A program made the position numbers and the translations under genes. The notes beneath the pieces were generated by a model. That model saw nothing but the letters and a program-made list of their open reading frames with translations, did no database searches and was not told where the DNA came from. From the NCBI GenBank assembly GCA_002435985.1, contig DIXD01000024.1, positions 13,167 to 77,166 of the forward strand: a DNA stretch of 64,000 bases, read 5' to 3'. How positions within the stretch are numbered: position 1 is the first letter of the stretch; each line of letters opens with the position of its first letter. The stretch comes from Spirochaetaceae bacterium UBA6089. Lineage in GTDB: Bacteria; Spirochaetota; Spirochaetia; Treponematales; Rectinemataceae. Below, in pieces: positions 27,564-37,938 of the stretch.

Positions 27564-29108
27564 ATGCGTATTCCGCATCCGGGCATTCGAGGCAAGATAC
27601 TGATATGCCTCGTGGTGGCCCTCGCCTTTTTCCTCGTACTCACACTGATCATGCAGCATGAGTCCATGGAGCTGTCCCGACAGTATGGAGCAAGCCTTTC
27701 GAACTACCACCTGGTGCACCGGTTTCGGCTGAATCTGAGCGCTTTTCATGCGCTCGCCGATCGTTACCTCCGCGATCCAGCCTCCGTCGCCGCCGAGGAG
27801 GTGTATGCGGGTATCTCCTTGCTAAACGCACAGTATGCGGCCTTGGTTCCGCTGGAGCATATCTCCGTCCTCGCCGAGTTCGAGGTGCGCGCGACAGGCT
27901 ATGGCCTCGATGCATATCTTCCTCTTGTGTCCCGAGCAGTCGGACTTCGGGCTGGAGGTTCTCCGGACTATTACCAGGTCTTTGTCAAGGCGGCTCGGAT
28001 AGAGGGCTATATCGATGTCTATCTCAACAGAATGCTCTCCGAACTCATGAGGAGCGGCGAAGAGACCTATGCGGTGCTCTCGCATAGATCCGAGATGCTC
28101 AATCGCACCATTCTAATCTCGATGATCCTGGCGAGTATTCTCGCGATGATTGGTGTCGTGCTCGTGGCCGGGGCGATCACTGCCCCCTTAAGGAGGCTTG
28201 CCAGGGAGGCGGAGAAGCTCGCGGGAGGAGACCTCGACGCGGGGATTGTCGAGGTTCACACAAAGGACGAAGTAGAGAAACTCACACGTTCTTTTGCGAC
28301 GATGGCCAAGAGCATCAAGGAGATGGTGGAGGGGCTCAAAGAGAAGGCCGCGCTCGAAAAGTTGCTCCACCAAGAGGAGCTCGCCCTCGTGAGCATGGGC
28401 AAGGCGCTGCGCGAAGCCCAGTTCATGAATCTACAGGAACAGATGAAGCCGCACTTCCTCTTCAATGCCTTGAATACCATTGCGCGCAGCGCCCTGCTCG
28501 AACAGGCACCCAGAACCGAGGCGCTCTCCATGGGGCTGGCGACCCTTCTTCGCGCGACACTCCGGGATTCCGGCCCTCTGTCCAGTTTAGATGATGAGCT
28601 TACGATTGCACAGGCCTACCTCGAATTTCAGCACGCCCGTTTTGGATCGCGGCTGCAGTGGAACATTGATGTCCCTTCGGTACTGCGCTCCGCCAGAGTT
28701 CCCAGACTTATGGTGCAGCCGCTCGTAGAAAACGCTGTCCGACACGGGCTCGAGCCGAAGATAGAAGGCGGTTCACTCTCCATCAAGGCTCGTATGCGCA
28801 AGGGAAATCTCATCCTTTGGATACTCGACGACGGCGTCGGCATATCGCAAGAACGGCTTGCCGGAATCCGCACGAGTATCGCAGCGACCCTCAGTCGGAT
28901 CTACGAAAGGGGGGAAACTTTTGCGGATGCTGGTGTGGACATTCCGGCAAACACCACACTTTTAGAGGGAACCGGTATTGGCCTTGCCAATCTGGCGACG
29001 CGCTTCGCCATTCTCTACGGCGGCAACGGCCGCTTCGACATTGTCTCCCGGCTGGACAGGGGCACGCTTGTCCGGGTGGTCATACCCATGGAAGGGGTGT
29101 CGGAATGA
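27564..29108 (+). CDS. LytS/YesM-type sensor histidine kinase
   Basis: Two TMs, HAMP, LQEQMKPHFLFNALN, QPLVENAVRHG, DDGVG, GIGLAN. Confidence 0.92.
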   Translation: MRIPHPGIRGKILICLVVALAFFLVLTLIMQHESMELSRQYGASLSNYHLVHRFRLNLSAFHALADRYLRDPASVAAEEVYAGISLLNAQYAALVPLEHISVLAEFEVRATGYGLDAYLPLVSRAVGLRAGGSPDYYQVFVKAARIEGYIDVYLNRMLSELMRSGEETYAVLSHRSEMLNRTILISMILASILAMIGVVLVAGAITAPLRRLAREAEKLAGGDLDAGIVEVHTKDEVEKLTRSFATMAKSIKEMVEGLKEKAALEKLLHQEELALVSMGKALREAQFMNLQEQMKPHFLFNALNTIARSALLEQAPRTEALSMGLATLLRATLRDSGPLSSLDDELTIAQAYLEFQHARFGSRLQWNIDVPSVLRSARVPRLMVQPLVENAVRHGLEPKIEGGSLSIKARMRKGNLILWILDDGVGISQERLAGIRTSIAATLSRIYERGETFADAGVDIPANTTLLEGTGIGLANLATRFAILYGGNGRFDIVSRLDRGTLVRVVIPMEGVSE

Positions 29109-30478
29109 TCCATGTCCTCGTTGCCGACGACGAGGTGCTCGAGCGCGAGGCCATGTTGCATATTCTGCGAGGAGTGGATACAGGGGAGCCTCTAGAAGTG
29201 AGCGAAGCCCTCAACGGCCTCGAAGCGCTCAAACTCGCCCAGGAACGCAAGCCCGACATAGCCTTCTTGGACATTCGTATGCCGGGTATGGATGGGCTCG
29301 ACCTCGCCAAAGAATTCTCATTGCTCCCCGATCCGCCGGTCGTCATCTTGGTGACCGCATACGATTATTTTACCTATGCGCGCACGGCGCTGCGCTTCGG
29401 TGTCTTCGATTATCTCCTCAAACCCGCATCGACCGAGGATGTCCTCGGTGTCTTTTGGAGGGCTCTCCACGTCATCGCCGAAAGAAGGAAAGATGCTGCA
29501 CGGCGCAGGGTGGACCAGACCGTGGCAGCGGATATACAGAAGGCTCTTTATACCGACATCTGTACGGGACTTGGCTCCGGCACCGTCAACGACGAGGAAG
29601 TCCGGCGGCTTGTCGCCCTTCAGACCGCCTCTCAGCTCGATTCTCAGACGAGCGCCGTGGGGTGGACCTGCATCGCGATTGTCGCGGGGGTGGAAAAAGG
29701 CTCTGGGAAGGTTCCTCCCTCGATCGCCTCGAGAGAATTCTCACGATTTTTCCGTGCGCTGGCAGAGCGATATCTGCTGCTCGATCTAGGCTTAGCCAAC
29801 GCCGATACTCTGCTCTTCGTTTCGCCGTTAGAGTCGAATGCTGCCCAGGTCGGGACTATGCATGTGCTCGTCGTTGTTCCGAAGTCTGGTATCGAAGGTG
29901 CGGCCGACACAGGGGCTGCGCCACACCAGGTGTCACAGCCCCTGCGGAAACAGATCGGCGAGGGCATGGATCGCTTCTCTCAGAGATGCAACAATGCAGG
30001 AGGAATGGCTGTCAGGTTCGGTGTCGGTGTGGATGCGGAAGGTAAGGCCGGAACGGCACTGCAGACGGCAAAAATCGCGTTCAATCTTTCGAACGCAGAA
30101 TACCCCATACTGCTGTTGCATTCGGCACATGAGGTTCGGCAGGCTTGGTCGTCTACCACATCCATCTCGGCACGTGCGGTGATGTGGCTTAAGGAGCATT
30201 TCATGGAGAGTGTCGGTATCCAAGACCTTGCGCGCTCGCTTGGGCTGAACCCCTCATACCTTTCACGCATCCTCAAGAAAGAGCTCGGCATAGGTTTCGG
30301 AGAGACGCTCGCGCGCATCCGTATCGCCTACGCAAAAGACATCCTGGCCGGCGGTGCGTCGGCCAAAGAGGCTTCATTTCTGGTTGGCTTTCGGGATCAG
30401 AGCTACTTCACCAAGGTTTTTCTGAAGATCGAAGGGGTGTCCCCTTCTCAGTATGTCAAGGATCTTCAATCGATCTAG
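29105..30478 (+). CDS. YesN-type response regulator (REC plus AraC HTH)
   Basis: VADDE, DIRMPGMDG, YLLKP; C-terminal YLSRILKK...GFRDQSYFTKVF...P.QY. ATG 29105 overlaps the HK stop. Confidence 0.92.
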   Translation: MIHVLVADDEVLEREAMLHILRGVDTGEPLEVSEALNGLEALKLAQERKPDIAFLDIRMPGMDGLDLAKEFSLLPDPPVVILVTAYDYFTYARTALRFGVFDYLLKPASTEDVLGVFWRALHVIAERRKDAARRRVDQTVAADIQKALYTDICTGLGSGTVNDEEVRRLVALQTASQLDSQTSAVGWTCIAIVAGVEKGSGKVPPSIASREFSRFFRALAERYLLLDLGLANADTLLFVSPLESNAAQVGTMHVLVVVPKSGIEGAADTGAAPHQVSQPLRKQIGEGMDRFSQRCNNAGGMAVRFGVGVDAEGKAGTALQTAKIAFNLSNAEYPILLLHSAHEVRQAWSSTTSISARAVMWLKEHFMESVGIQDLARSLGLNPSYLSRILKKELGIGFGETLARIRIAYAKDILAGGASAKEASFLVGFRDQSYFTKVFLKIEGVSPSQYVKDLQSI

Positions 30479-30613
30479 TCAAATCCTTTCGGCGAGCATC
30501 AAATTACCAACGGTGCGCAACGAACTACCACACCACATTGCACATTTGCTTCCTATAATGTCCTATAATAACTCAGATTGCAGAAACTCTGCAGTCATTA
30601 AGGAGGTTTGCGT

Positions 30614-31591
30614 ATGAAGACCATGCAGAAGGTGGCTCTTATTCTGATGCTCGTCCTTTTCCCTGTCATGCTGTTCGCTCAGACAAAACCGATCGTGCTG
30701 CGGCTCGCCGAGACTCATCCGAAGGGCTATCCTACGGAGCTGGGCGATGAGGAGTTTGCTCGTCTCGTCAAAGAGCGATCGAATGGCCGCATCATCATCG
30801 AGGTGTATCCGGGCTCTCAGCTCGGCGAGGAAAAGGCGGTGATCGAGCAGGTCCAGTTCGGAGGTATCGATCTTACCCGCGTATCGATCAGTCCGCTCGC
30901 GAGCTTTGTACCGAAGCTCAATGCGTTCCAAATGCCCTATCTCTACAGAGATGCCGACCATATGTGGAAGGTGCTGAAAGGGGATATCGGCAAGGAACTG
31001 CTGGCAAGCCTGGAGCCCTTCGGTTTCATCGGCCTGGGCTGGTTCGATGGGGGAGCGCGGAGCTTCTACAATAGTAAGAAAGCGGTCCGCACTCCGGCCG
31101 ATCTCAAAGGCCTGAAAATCAGGGTCCAGGAGAGCGAGCTTATGCTTGACCTCGTCCGTTCCTTCGGCGCTATTCCCACCCCGATGCCCTATGGCGAAGT
31201 CTATTCCGGTCTCCAGACCGGGGTCATCGACGGCGCCGAGAACAACCCGCCATCATACTATTCCGCAAGCCACTATGAAGTCGCGAAATACTATACCCTC
31301 GACGAGCATACCAAGGTTCCCGAAATCGTCATCGGTTCCAAGATTTCGCTTGGTAGGCTTTCGAAGGCAGATCAAGAGCTGATCAGGCAGGCCGCCTTCG
31401 ATTCCATCGACTATCAGCGCGCCCAGTGGGATGCCTATGTGAAGCTCTCGATGGACAAGGTCACGGCCGCCGGCTGCACCATCATCCCCGTGCCGGATAA
31501 GACCGAGTGGATGAAGGCTGTGGAGCCTATGTACCTGAAGCAGCCCAAGGAGATCCAGGACCTCGTTGCCCGCATTCGTGCGGTCAAGTGA
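30614..31591 (+). CDS. dctP: TRAP transporter substrate-binding protein
   Basis: Signal peptide; YPGSQLGEE, DLKGLKIRVQ, EVYSGLQTGVIDGAENN. Confidence 0.95.
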   Translation: MKTMQKVALILMLVLFPVMLFAQTKPIVLRLAETHPKGYPTELGDEEFARLVKERSNGRIIIEVYPGSQLGEEKAVIEQVQFGGIDLTRVSISPLASFVPKLNAFQMPYLYRDADHMWKVLKGDIGKELLASLEPFGFIGLGWFDGGARSFYNSKKAVRTPADLKGLKIRVQESELMLDLVRSFGAIPTPMPYGEVYSGLQTGVIDGAENNPPSYYSASHYEVAKYYTLDEHTKVPEIVIGSKISLGRLSKADQELIRQAAFDSIDYQRAQWDAYVKLSMDKVTAAGCTIIPVPDKTEWMKAVEPMYLKQPKEIQDLVARIRAVK

Positions 31592-31610
31592 GCCTTGCAA
31601 CATCATGCAT

Positions 31611-31640
31611 AGGGCCGCGCGACACACTGCGCGGCCCTTT
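31611..31640 (+). terminator. Hairpin after dctP (partial terminator or mRNA stabiliser)
   Basis: AGGGCCGCGC/GCGCGGCCCT 10-bp stem followed by TT. Confidence 0.65.
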
Positions 31641-31675
31641 ACGTTATTGTTTTGCCCGAGCCCTCGAGGTGTGAT

Positions 31676-32221
31676 ATGAAGAAGTTTATTGTTTCGGCAG
31701 TGACGCTGATCCACATTCTGCTTATAAATCTTTCCATGATCATGATCGTGGCCATGTTGCTCTTGGTGTTTGCGAATGTGGTGCTCCGCTATGTCTTCAA
31801 TAGCGGCATATTCTGGTCGGAGGAGATAGCCCTTGTCTTGGAGGTGTGGTTCATTTTCCTCTCACTGGGGCTCGGCGTAAAGCACCGATTGCATTTTTCG
31901 ATCAACCTCATGCCGCGCGAGAAAATTTCCGCATGGCTTAATCGGGCTCTCGATCTGCTGTCCGATATCGTGTTCATCGTCATTGGGGCGGTCATGATAC
32001 TTTACGGAAGCAGACTTGTGCAATTTACGATGCGCTCGATTATGCCGGCGACGAAGTTGCCGGCCGGCATTCTGTACCTCGTCCTCCCTATCTCGGGCTT
32101 TGTCGTCATTGTCGAGGCTCTCTTTCACATTTTCGGGTTCACCATGTTCGACGAGAAGATCGACGCGTATTTTTCCGGCAAGGGCGGAACACTGAAGGAC
32201 ATTTTCAGGAGCGAAGCATAA
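31676..32221 (+). CDS. dctQ: TRAP transporter small permease
   Basis: NVVLRYVFN..IFWSEE, four TMs. Confidence 0.92.
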   Translation: MKKFIVSAVTLIHILLINLSMIMIVAMLLLVFANVVLRYVFNSGIFWSEEIALVLEVWFIFLSLGLGVKHRLHFSINLMPREKISAWLNRALDLLSDIVFIVIGAVMILYGSRLVQFTMRSIMPATKLPAGILYLVLPISGFVVIVEALFHIFGFTMFDEKIDAYFSGKGGTLKDIFRSEA

Positions 32222-33522
32222 TGGATACGACGATTGCGACCACAATACTCCTGGGTGGGTTTATCCTGCTTCTGCTGCTGAGGATCCCCATAACGTTCTC
32301 GCTTGCGGCTGCCTCCATAGCGACGGCCATCTATTTGAATATACCGCTCATGTCGATCGTTCAACAGATGGTGCAAGGGGTCAAATCCTTTTCACTGCTC
32401 GCAATTCCCTTTTTCATCCTTGCCGGCGAAATGATGGGGCGCGGCGGCATTGCGGAGAAAATCATCAACCTCGCGAATGTGCTCGTCGGCAGGATCCGCG
32501 GCGGGCTTGGCATGGTGAACGTCGTGGACAGCATGTTCTTCGGCGGCATCTCGGGTTCTTCGGTCGCCGACGTCGCCTCGACGGGCACCATCATCATCCC
32601 TCTTATGAAAAAGAAGGGGTACGACGACGACTTTTCGGTGGCCATCACGGTCACAAGCTCCACGCAGGGGATCATCATTCCGCCGAGCCACAACATGATC
32701 ATCTACTCAGTTGCCGCCGGCGGCGTCTCAGTCGGGCGCCTCTTCCTCGCAGGATACCTGCCGGGCATTCTGCTCGGAATATCCCTCGGCGTCATCGTCT
32801 ATGTCATTTCAGTGAAGAGAAACTACCCAAAGGAAAGAAAATATTCGTTCAAAGAGGGGGTGAAGATCTTCCTCGATTCCTTCTTGGGGCTGCTCACTGC
32901 CCTCATCATTATAGTCGGCGTCATCTCCGGTATATTTACCGCCACGGAGTCGGCTGCGGTCGCAGCGGTCTATGCGTTCATCATAACATTCTTCGTCTAC
33001 CGGCAGATACCGCTTAAGGAGTTCAGGGGAATTCTCTACGGCACGCTCAAAACCCTCACGATGGTGATGACGCTGATCGCCTCTGCAAGCGCATTTTCAT
33101 GGCTCATGGCGTACCTGCGCATTCCCGCGATGGCAACCGAGTTCCTGCTGTCGATTACGGACAACAAGATTCTGTTGCTGATGCTCATCAATGTGCTTCT
33201 GCTGCTTATGGGTATGATCATGGACATGGCACCTCTCATTCTCATCGTGACGCCGATTCTGTATCCGGTGGTTGTCGACAAATTGGGAATGTCGCCGATT
33301 CATTTCGGCATTATGCTGATGCTCAATCTCGCCATAGGGCTTTGTACGCCGCCTGTCGGTTCCGCCCTGTTTGTGGGATGCGCCATAGGAAAAATTTCGA
33401 TCGAAAAGGCGACAAAGGCGATGATACCGTTCTATATCGCCATGATTGTGGTTTTGTTCCTCGTGACGTATATTCCACAGATAACGATGTTCCTGCCCAA
33501 CCTCATCATGCCTGGAGGCTAA
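32221..33522 (+). CDS. dctM: TRAP transporter large permease
   Basis: LLAIPFFILAG, GISGSSVAD, IIPPS, FTATES, TPPVG. Confidence 0.95.
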   Translation: MDTTIATTILLGGFILLLLLRIPITFSLAAASIATAIYLNIPLMSIVQQMVQGVKSFSLLAIPFFILAGEMMGRGGIAEKIINLANVLVGRIRGGLGMVNVVDSMFFGGISGSSVADVASTGTIIIPLMKKKGYDDDFSVAITVTSSTQGIIIPPSHNMIIYSVAAGGVSVGRLFLAGYLPGILLGISLGVIVYVISVKRNYPKERKYSFKEGVKIFLDSFLGLLTALIIIVGVISGIFTATESAAVAAVYAFIITFFVYRQIPLKEFRGILYGTLKTLTMVMTLIASASAFSWLMAYLRIPAMATEFLLSITDNKILLLMLINVLLLLMGMIMDMAPLILIVTPILYPVVVDKLGMSPIHFGIMLMLNLAIGLCTPPVGSALFVGCAIGKISIEKATKAMIPFYIAMIVVLFLVTYIPQITMFLPNLIMPGG

Positions 33523-33613
33523 GGGAGCGCGGAAGGTTGTGTGTCCGGCGTTCGACATTGGCGTGTGTTGAAGTCTGTGCGGGCGCGGGCAGCGCAAAGG
33601 AAGGAGTGTTTCT

Positions 33614-34441
33614 ATGTCGTTTGTGGAGTCTCTTTTTGGGTTGCGTGGAAGTATTGCGGTGGTGACGGGGGGAGGCGGGGCCTTGCCCTCTTCGATTGCC
33701 GTCGCCTTTGCCAAGGCAGGGGCCAAGGTGGCGCTCTGGGGCCGCGGGGCGCATCACCCTATGGCCGAAGCCGCCGAGCAGGTCAAAAGGCAGGCGGAGA
33801 TAGCTCCCGATAGCTCCGATGTGGTGGGGATTACGGTGGATACGGTGTCGGGCGCGGCCTGCGAGGCGGCCTTCGATGCGACGCTAGCCTCGCTCGGCAT
33901 GCCCGATATCCTCCTCAATGGCGTCGGTGGAAACATGGGCCGAAGTAGTTTTCTCGACTTCGACGAAAAAGTGTTCGAGGATGTCCTCAGACTCAATCTT
34001 ATGGCGGGGCTCATGGTGCCTTCTCGGGTATTCGCGCGGCGCTGGATCGAGGCAGGTGTCAAGGGTTCGATGATCAATATGACCTCAATGGCGAGCTATA
34101 AGGGCCTTTCTGCGGTCTGGGCGTACGATGCCGCCAAGGCGGGAGTGCTCAACCTTACGCAAGCGCTGGCCAAAGAGCTCGCCCCTCATGGCATACGGGT
34201 GAATGCGGTAGCGCCGGGCTTTTTTGTGGGCAACCAGAACCGCGCGCTGCTCTTCGACGAGAAGACTGGCAATCTTACGGCCCGGGGCCAGGCGATCATC
34301 GCGCGCACGCCCTTTGGCCGCTTCGGCGAATATGAGGAGCTCTGGGGGGCGGTGCTGTATCTGGCGAGTTCGAAGGCCGCAGGATTTGTGACTGGGGTCA
34401 GCATCCCCGTCGACGGCGGATATCTCAGCGACAATATATGA
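33614..34441 (+). CDS. uxuB: SDR oxidoreductase, probable D-mannonate (fructuronate) oxidoreductase
   Basis: TGGGG, YDAAK catalytic motif, APGFF...QNRALL...LTARG..II..TPFGRFG. Hexuronate context. Confidence 0.75.
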   Translation: MSFVESLFGLRGSIAVVTGGGGALPSSIAVAFAKAGAKVALWGRGAHHPMAEAAEQVKRQAEIAPDSSDVVGITVDTVSGAACEAAFDATLASLGMPDILLNGVGGNMGRSSFLDFDEKVFEDVLRLNLMAGLMVPSRVFARRWIEAGVKGSMINMTSMASYKGLSAVWAYDAAKAGVLNLTQALAKELAPHGIRVNAVAPGFFVGNQNRALLFDEKTGNLTARGQAIIARTPFGRFGEYEELWGAVLYLASSKAAGFVTGVSIPVDGGYLSDNI

Positions 34442-34465
34442 CAATATTTATTGAGGGAGGGCAGC

Positions 34466-35905
34466 ATGGCCCAATTTCTGGATGAGAATTTCCTGCTGAA
34501 AAACGAAACGGCAAAACGGCTCTTCTTTCATGTTGCGAAGGATCTGCCGATCTTCGATTATCATTGCCATCTGTCCCCGAAGGCGATCGCCGAGGATGAG
34601 CCTTTCGATGACATCGCGCGCATGTGGCTCGAGGGGGATCATTACAAATGGCGAATCATGAGGGCGAACGGAGAGCCTGAATCGCTCTGTGGCGGTGCTG
34701 GCCCATGGGATGAGAAATTCGTTGCGTACGCCCGTGCTCTTTTGAGAGCCGCGGGGAATCCCCTTCTCCATTGGTCGCATTTGGAGTTGCAGAGAATCTT
34801 CGGCATCTCTGATGTGCTGACACCGCAGAATGCTCTCGAAATTAGGCAAAAGGCAAACCGCCTGCTCGCCGCCGGAAGGATCAGCCCGCGCTCTCTTCTT
34901 GTGCAATTCAATGTGAAGGTTCTGTGTACGACGGATGACCCTGTCGATGATCTGCACTGGCACAGGACGATCGCCGAAGAACAGAAGAAGGGCTCCGCGT
35001 TTCAGACAAAGGTGCTCCCCGCCTTCCGTCCGGACAAGGCGTTGAATACGAGCGATATCGCCGCATGGAACAAGTACGTCGATGAGCTCGGCAGGGCTGC
35101 CGGTGTCGACATCGATGCGTACCCTTCTCTGCTCGAGGCACTTGCGAAACGTCACGACTACTTTCACTCGATGGGCTGCAGGCTTTCGGACCACGCGCTC
35201 CTCGTGCCGCCCTATGTGCCGGCTTCGGATGCGGACCTCGATGCCATCGTGAAAAAGGGCCGAGGAGGGAACTCGCTTTCTTCTGTGGAACAGGAAAAGC
35301 TGGCGACGGCTCTACTCCTGCATTGTGCGCGCCTGAATGCGCAGAAAGGTTGGACGATGCAGCTGCATATTGCAGCGCTCAGAAACGTCAATCCGAGACT
35401 GTTCCGGGCCTTAGGTCCGGACGTGGGCGGCGATAGCACGTCCGACGCCCCTATCGTGGCACCGCTCGCCAGTTTTCTAGGAGCCTTGGAGGGAGAGGAC
35501 GCGCTTCCAAAGACTATTCTCTATTCACTCGATCCTTCGAAGCACAATCCTCTTGCGACGCTCGCGGCGAGTTTTGCCGGAACATCGCCAGAGGCCACGG
35601 TTTCGCAGGTAGCGGGCAAGGTGCAGCTCGGTGCCGCATGGTGGTTCAACGATCAGAAAGATGGTATGGAGCGCCACCTCAGGGAGTATGCTGGGGTAGG
35701 GCTCATCGGTGCGTGGGTGGGGATGCTGACCGATTCCCGCTCCTTTATGTCGTTTCCTCGGCACGAATACTTCAGGCGCATCCTCTGCAATACAGTCGGA
35801 GAGTGGGTGGATGCCGGCGAGTTGCCCGATGACCCGGTGTACACAGACCAGCTCGTGCGCAGCATCTGTTGGGAAAATGCAGTCAATTATTTTGAAATGC
35901 CGTAA
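34466..35905 (+). CDS. uxaC: Uronate isomerase
   Basis: DYHCHL, DHYKWRIMRANG, TTDDP, WWFND, GMLTDSRSF.S.PRHEYFRRILC. Confidence 0.97.
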   Translation: MAQFLDENFLLKNETAKRLFFHVAKDLPIFDYHCHLSPKAIAEDEPFDDIARMWLEGDHYKWRIMRANGEPESLCGGAGPWDEKFVAYARALLRAAGNPLLHWSHLELQRIFGISDVLTPQNALEIRQKANRLLAAGRISPRSLLVQFNVKVLCTTDDPVDDLHWHRTIAEEQKKGSAFQTKVLPAFRPDKALNTSDIAAWNKYVDELGRAAGVDIDAYPSLLEALAKRHDYFHSMGCRLSDHALLVPPYVPASDADLDAIVKKGRGGNSLSSVEQEKLATALLLHCARLNAQKGWTMQLHIAALRNVNPRLFRALGPDVGGDSTSDAPIVAPLASFLGALEGEDALPKTILYSLDPSKHNPLATLAASFAGTSPEATVSQVAGKVQLGAAWWFNDQKDGMERHLREYAGVGLIGAWVGMLTDSRSFMSFPRHEYFRRILCNTVGEWVDAGELPDDPVYTDQLVRSICWENAVNYFEMP

Positions 35906-35922
35906 CAATAATCACAACACGT

Positions 35923-35960
35923 ATGAGGGCTCCGCGACCAGCTGGCCGCGGAGCCCTCAT
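35923..35960. terminator. Hairpin between convergent uxaC and ugpE
   Basis: 14-bp perfect stem ATGAGGGCTCCGCG/CGCGGAGCCCTCAT. Confidence 0.7.
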
Positions 35961-36013
35961 CGCATAGGGGCATAGTCAAGGACATAGCGCAGGTGCCGCC
36001 ACCTTGTGCGCTG

Positions 36014-36889
36014 CTATTTTTCTGTCTCCGTCATGCCTGCGATAAACTGTTTCTGCATGAGTACCACCACGATGACGGGCGGTAACATGGCCAGCAAGGT
36101 CGTCGCCATAGCGATCTGCCACTCGATCTGGACATCCGCCCCGGACATCATTCGGTTGATGCCGATGAGCAGTGTATAGAATTCGGGTTTTGTCGTGATC
36201 AACAGCGGCCAGAGGTACTGGTTCCACCCATAGATAAACTGAATGACGAACATGGCGGCGATGGGCGTACGGGTCATGGGCGCAAGGATGTGGCGGAAGA
36301 ACTGCATCGGTGTCGCACCGTCGATCTGTGAGGCCTCGGCGATCTCACGCGGAATCGACATGAAGAATTGTCTAAAGAGGAAGACTGCGGTCGCCGACAC
36401 GATCATGGGCAAGATGAGGCCGGCGTAGGTGTTCAGCATGCCGAGGTCAGAAATGACCTTGTAGGTCGGCATGATACGCACTTCGACCGGCAGCATGAGC
36501 GTGATGAAGATGCTCCAAAAACAGAAGTTTCTGAGCGGAAAATTGAAAAAGACGATGGCGAAGGCCGCCAGAAGTGAGACAATGATTTTGCCTGTGGAGA
36601 TGCCGAGGGCCATGATGAGCGAGTTCTTCATCATGACGAGGACGGGGGTGCCCATGTTTTTGGTGCCTTCGAAGAGAGCTTGGCGATAATTTTCGATAAG
36701 GTGCGGACCGATGCCGAGCGGCATGGGCGCGGCCTGAATTTCGGCGCTCGTGTGTGACGAAGCAGAAAAAATGAAATAAATCGGGAAAATGATAATCGCG
36801 ATGCCGATCCAGAGCACGATGTGCGGGAAGAGCCCCTTGATCACCTTTGTACGGTGTGCGGCTTTATTGATGCGCTGTTCTGCTGTCAT
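36014..36889 (-). CDS. ugpE: sn-glycerol-3-phosphate ABC permease
   Basis: TLMLPVEVRIMP, FLFRQFF, FIYGWNQYLWPLL, C-terminal ETEK. Confidence 0.93.
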   Translation of the reverse strand: MTAEQRINKAAHRTKVIKGLFPHIVLWIGIAIIIFPIYFIFSASSHTSAEIQAAPMPLGIGPHLIENYRQALFEGTKNMGTPVLVMMKNSLIMALGISTGKIIVSLLAAFAIVFFNFPLRNFCFWSIFITLMLPVEVRIMPTYKVISDLGMLNTYAGLILPMIVSATAVFLFRQFFMSIPREIAEASQIDGATPMQFFRHILAPMTRTPIAAMFVIQFIYGWNQYLWPLLITTKPEFYTLLIGINRMMSGADVQIEWQIAMATTLLAMLPPVIVVVLMQKQFIAGMTETEK

Positions 36890-36906
36890 ACGTACTTCCT
36901 CCCGCC

Positions 36907-37791
36907 TCAGTAGGTGACGCGCCGCTCGATGAAGCGGAACTGGAATACCGTCAGGACAATGACCATCAGCATGAGGATCACCGACTGGGCAGCTGAGCTC
37001 CCGAGGTCAAGATTGATGACGCCGTCGCGCCAGACCTTGTACACAAGAATGCCCGTTGACTTGCCCGGAGCTCCCTGCGTGATGGCGTGCACGATCGGGA
37101 AGGTTTCGAAGAAGCCGTAGACCAGATTCATGACCAATAGATAGAAAGTGGTCGGCGAGAGCAGAGGGAAGATGATCTTCCAAAAACGTCTGGCGGCTCC
37201 GGCTCCATCGATCTCCGCTGCCTCAACGAGGGTGGCCGGCACGCTCTGCAGCCCGGCGAGAAAGAACACGAAGTTGTACGCGAGCTGTTTCCAGCTCGCC
37301 GCCATAGTGAGGAGAAAAAAGGCTTGATTGAAGTTCAAAAGATACTGCCAGTCGACGTGGAAGGTGTGCTTGAGCACGTATGCGATGACACCGACGTTCG
37401 GATTGAACAAAAAGAGCCAGATGACGCCGGCGACGAGCGTCGACACGGCGTAGGGCCACACGAGCATCGTCTTGTAAAACGAAGCAAAGCGGATCTTCTT
37501 GTTCGCCTGAATCGCGAGGAAAAGAGAAATTGTCATGGCACTGAGGGTGATGCACAGCGCGAACGCGGTGGACACTCTAAACGACTGCCAGTAGTCGGGA
37601 TCGACGAGAAGTTTCGAATAATTCTGAAACCCGACGAAGATCATCCTGCCGCCGAAGGGGTCTTGCAGGTAAAACGACTGCAGAATGGCCTGGGCCGCCG
37701 GCCAGAAGAAAAAGATGAACACAATGACCATCTGGGGCAGCACAAGCAGGTACGGCAAAACCGGTGCTTTGAATTCGTATTGTTTGGCCAT
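36907..37791 (-). CDS. ugpA: sn-glycerol-3-phosphate ABC permease
   Basis: FFFWPAAQA, EAAEIDGA, PLLSPTTF, SAAQSVILM, QFRFIERRVTY. Confidence 0.93.
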   Translation of the reverse strand: MAKQYEFKAPVLPYLLVLPQMVIVFIFFFWPAAQAILQSFYLQDPFGGRMIFVGFQNYSKLLVDPDYWQSFRVSTAFALCITLSAMTISLFLAIQANKKIRFASFYKTMLVWPYAVSTLVAGVIWLFLFNPNVGVIAYVLKHTFHVDWQYLLNFNQAFFLLTMAASWKQLAYNFVFFLAGLQSVPATLVEAAEIDGAGAARRFWKIIFPLLSPTTFYLLVMNLVYGFFETFPIVHAITQGAPGKSTGILVYKVWRDGVINLDLGSSAAQSVILMLMVIVLTVFQFRFIERRVTY

Positions 37792-37873
37792 AGTACTTCC
37801 TGACAAAGATTACATTATTATACCAGTCTACTCGTCAATTGTATAGTTGAAGGCATTCTTCATTTCGAAGCCC

Positions 37874-37904
37874 AAAAAAGGCCGCCGACCGGCGGCCTTT
37901 TTTT
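37874..37904 (-). terminator. Bidirectional-type intrinsic terminator between ugpB and ugpA
   Basis: AAAAAAGGCCGCC-gacc-GGCGGCCTTTTTTT. Confidence 0.85.
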
Positions 37905-37938
37905 ACGGCGCATAACAAGGTATGGCAACAATGTCGTT

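Noticed and set aside
28817-29104. N-terminal extension of the AraC response regulator
   Set aside because: Overlaps the kinase; the REC domain starts at ATG 29105.
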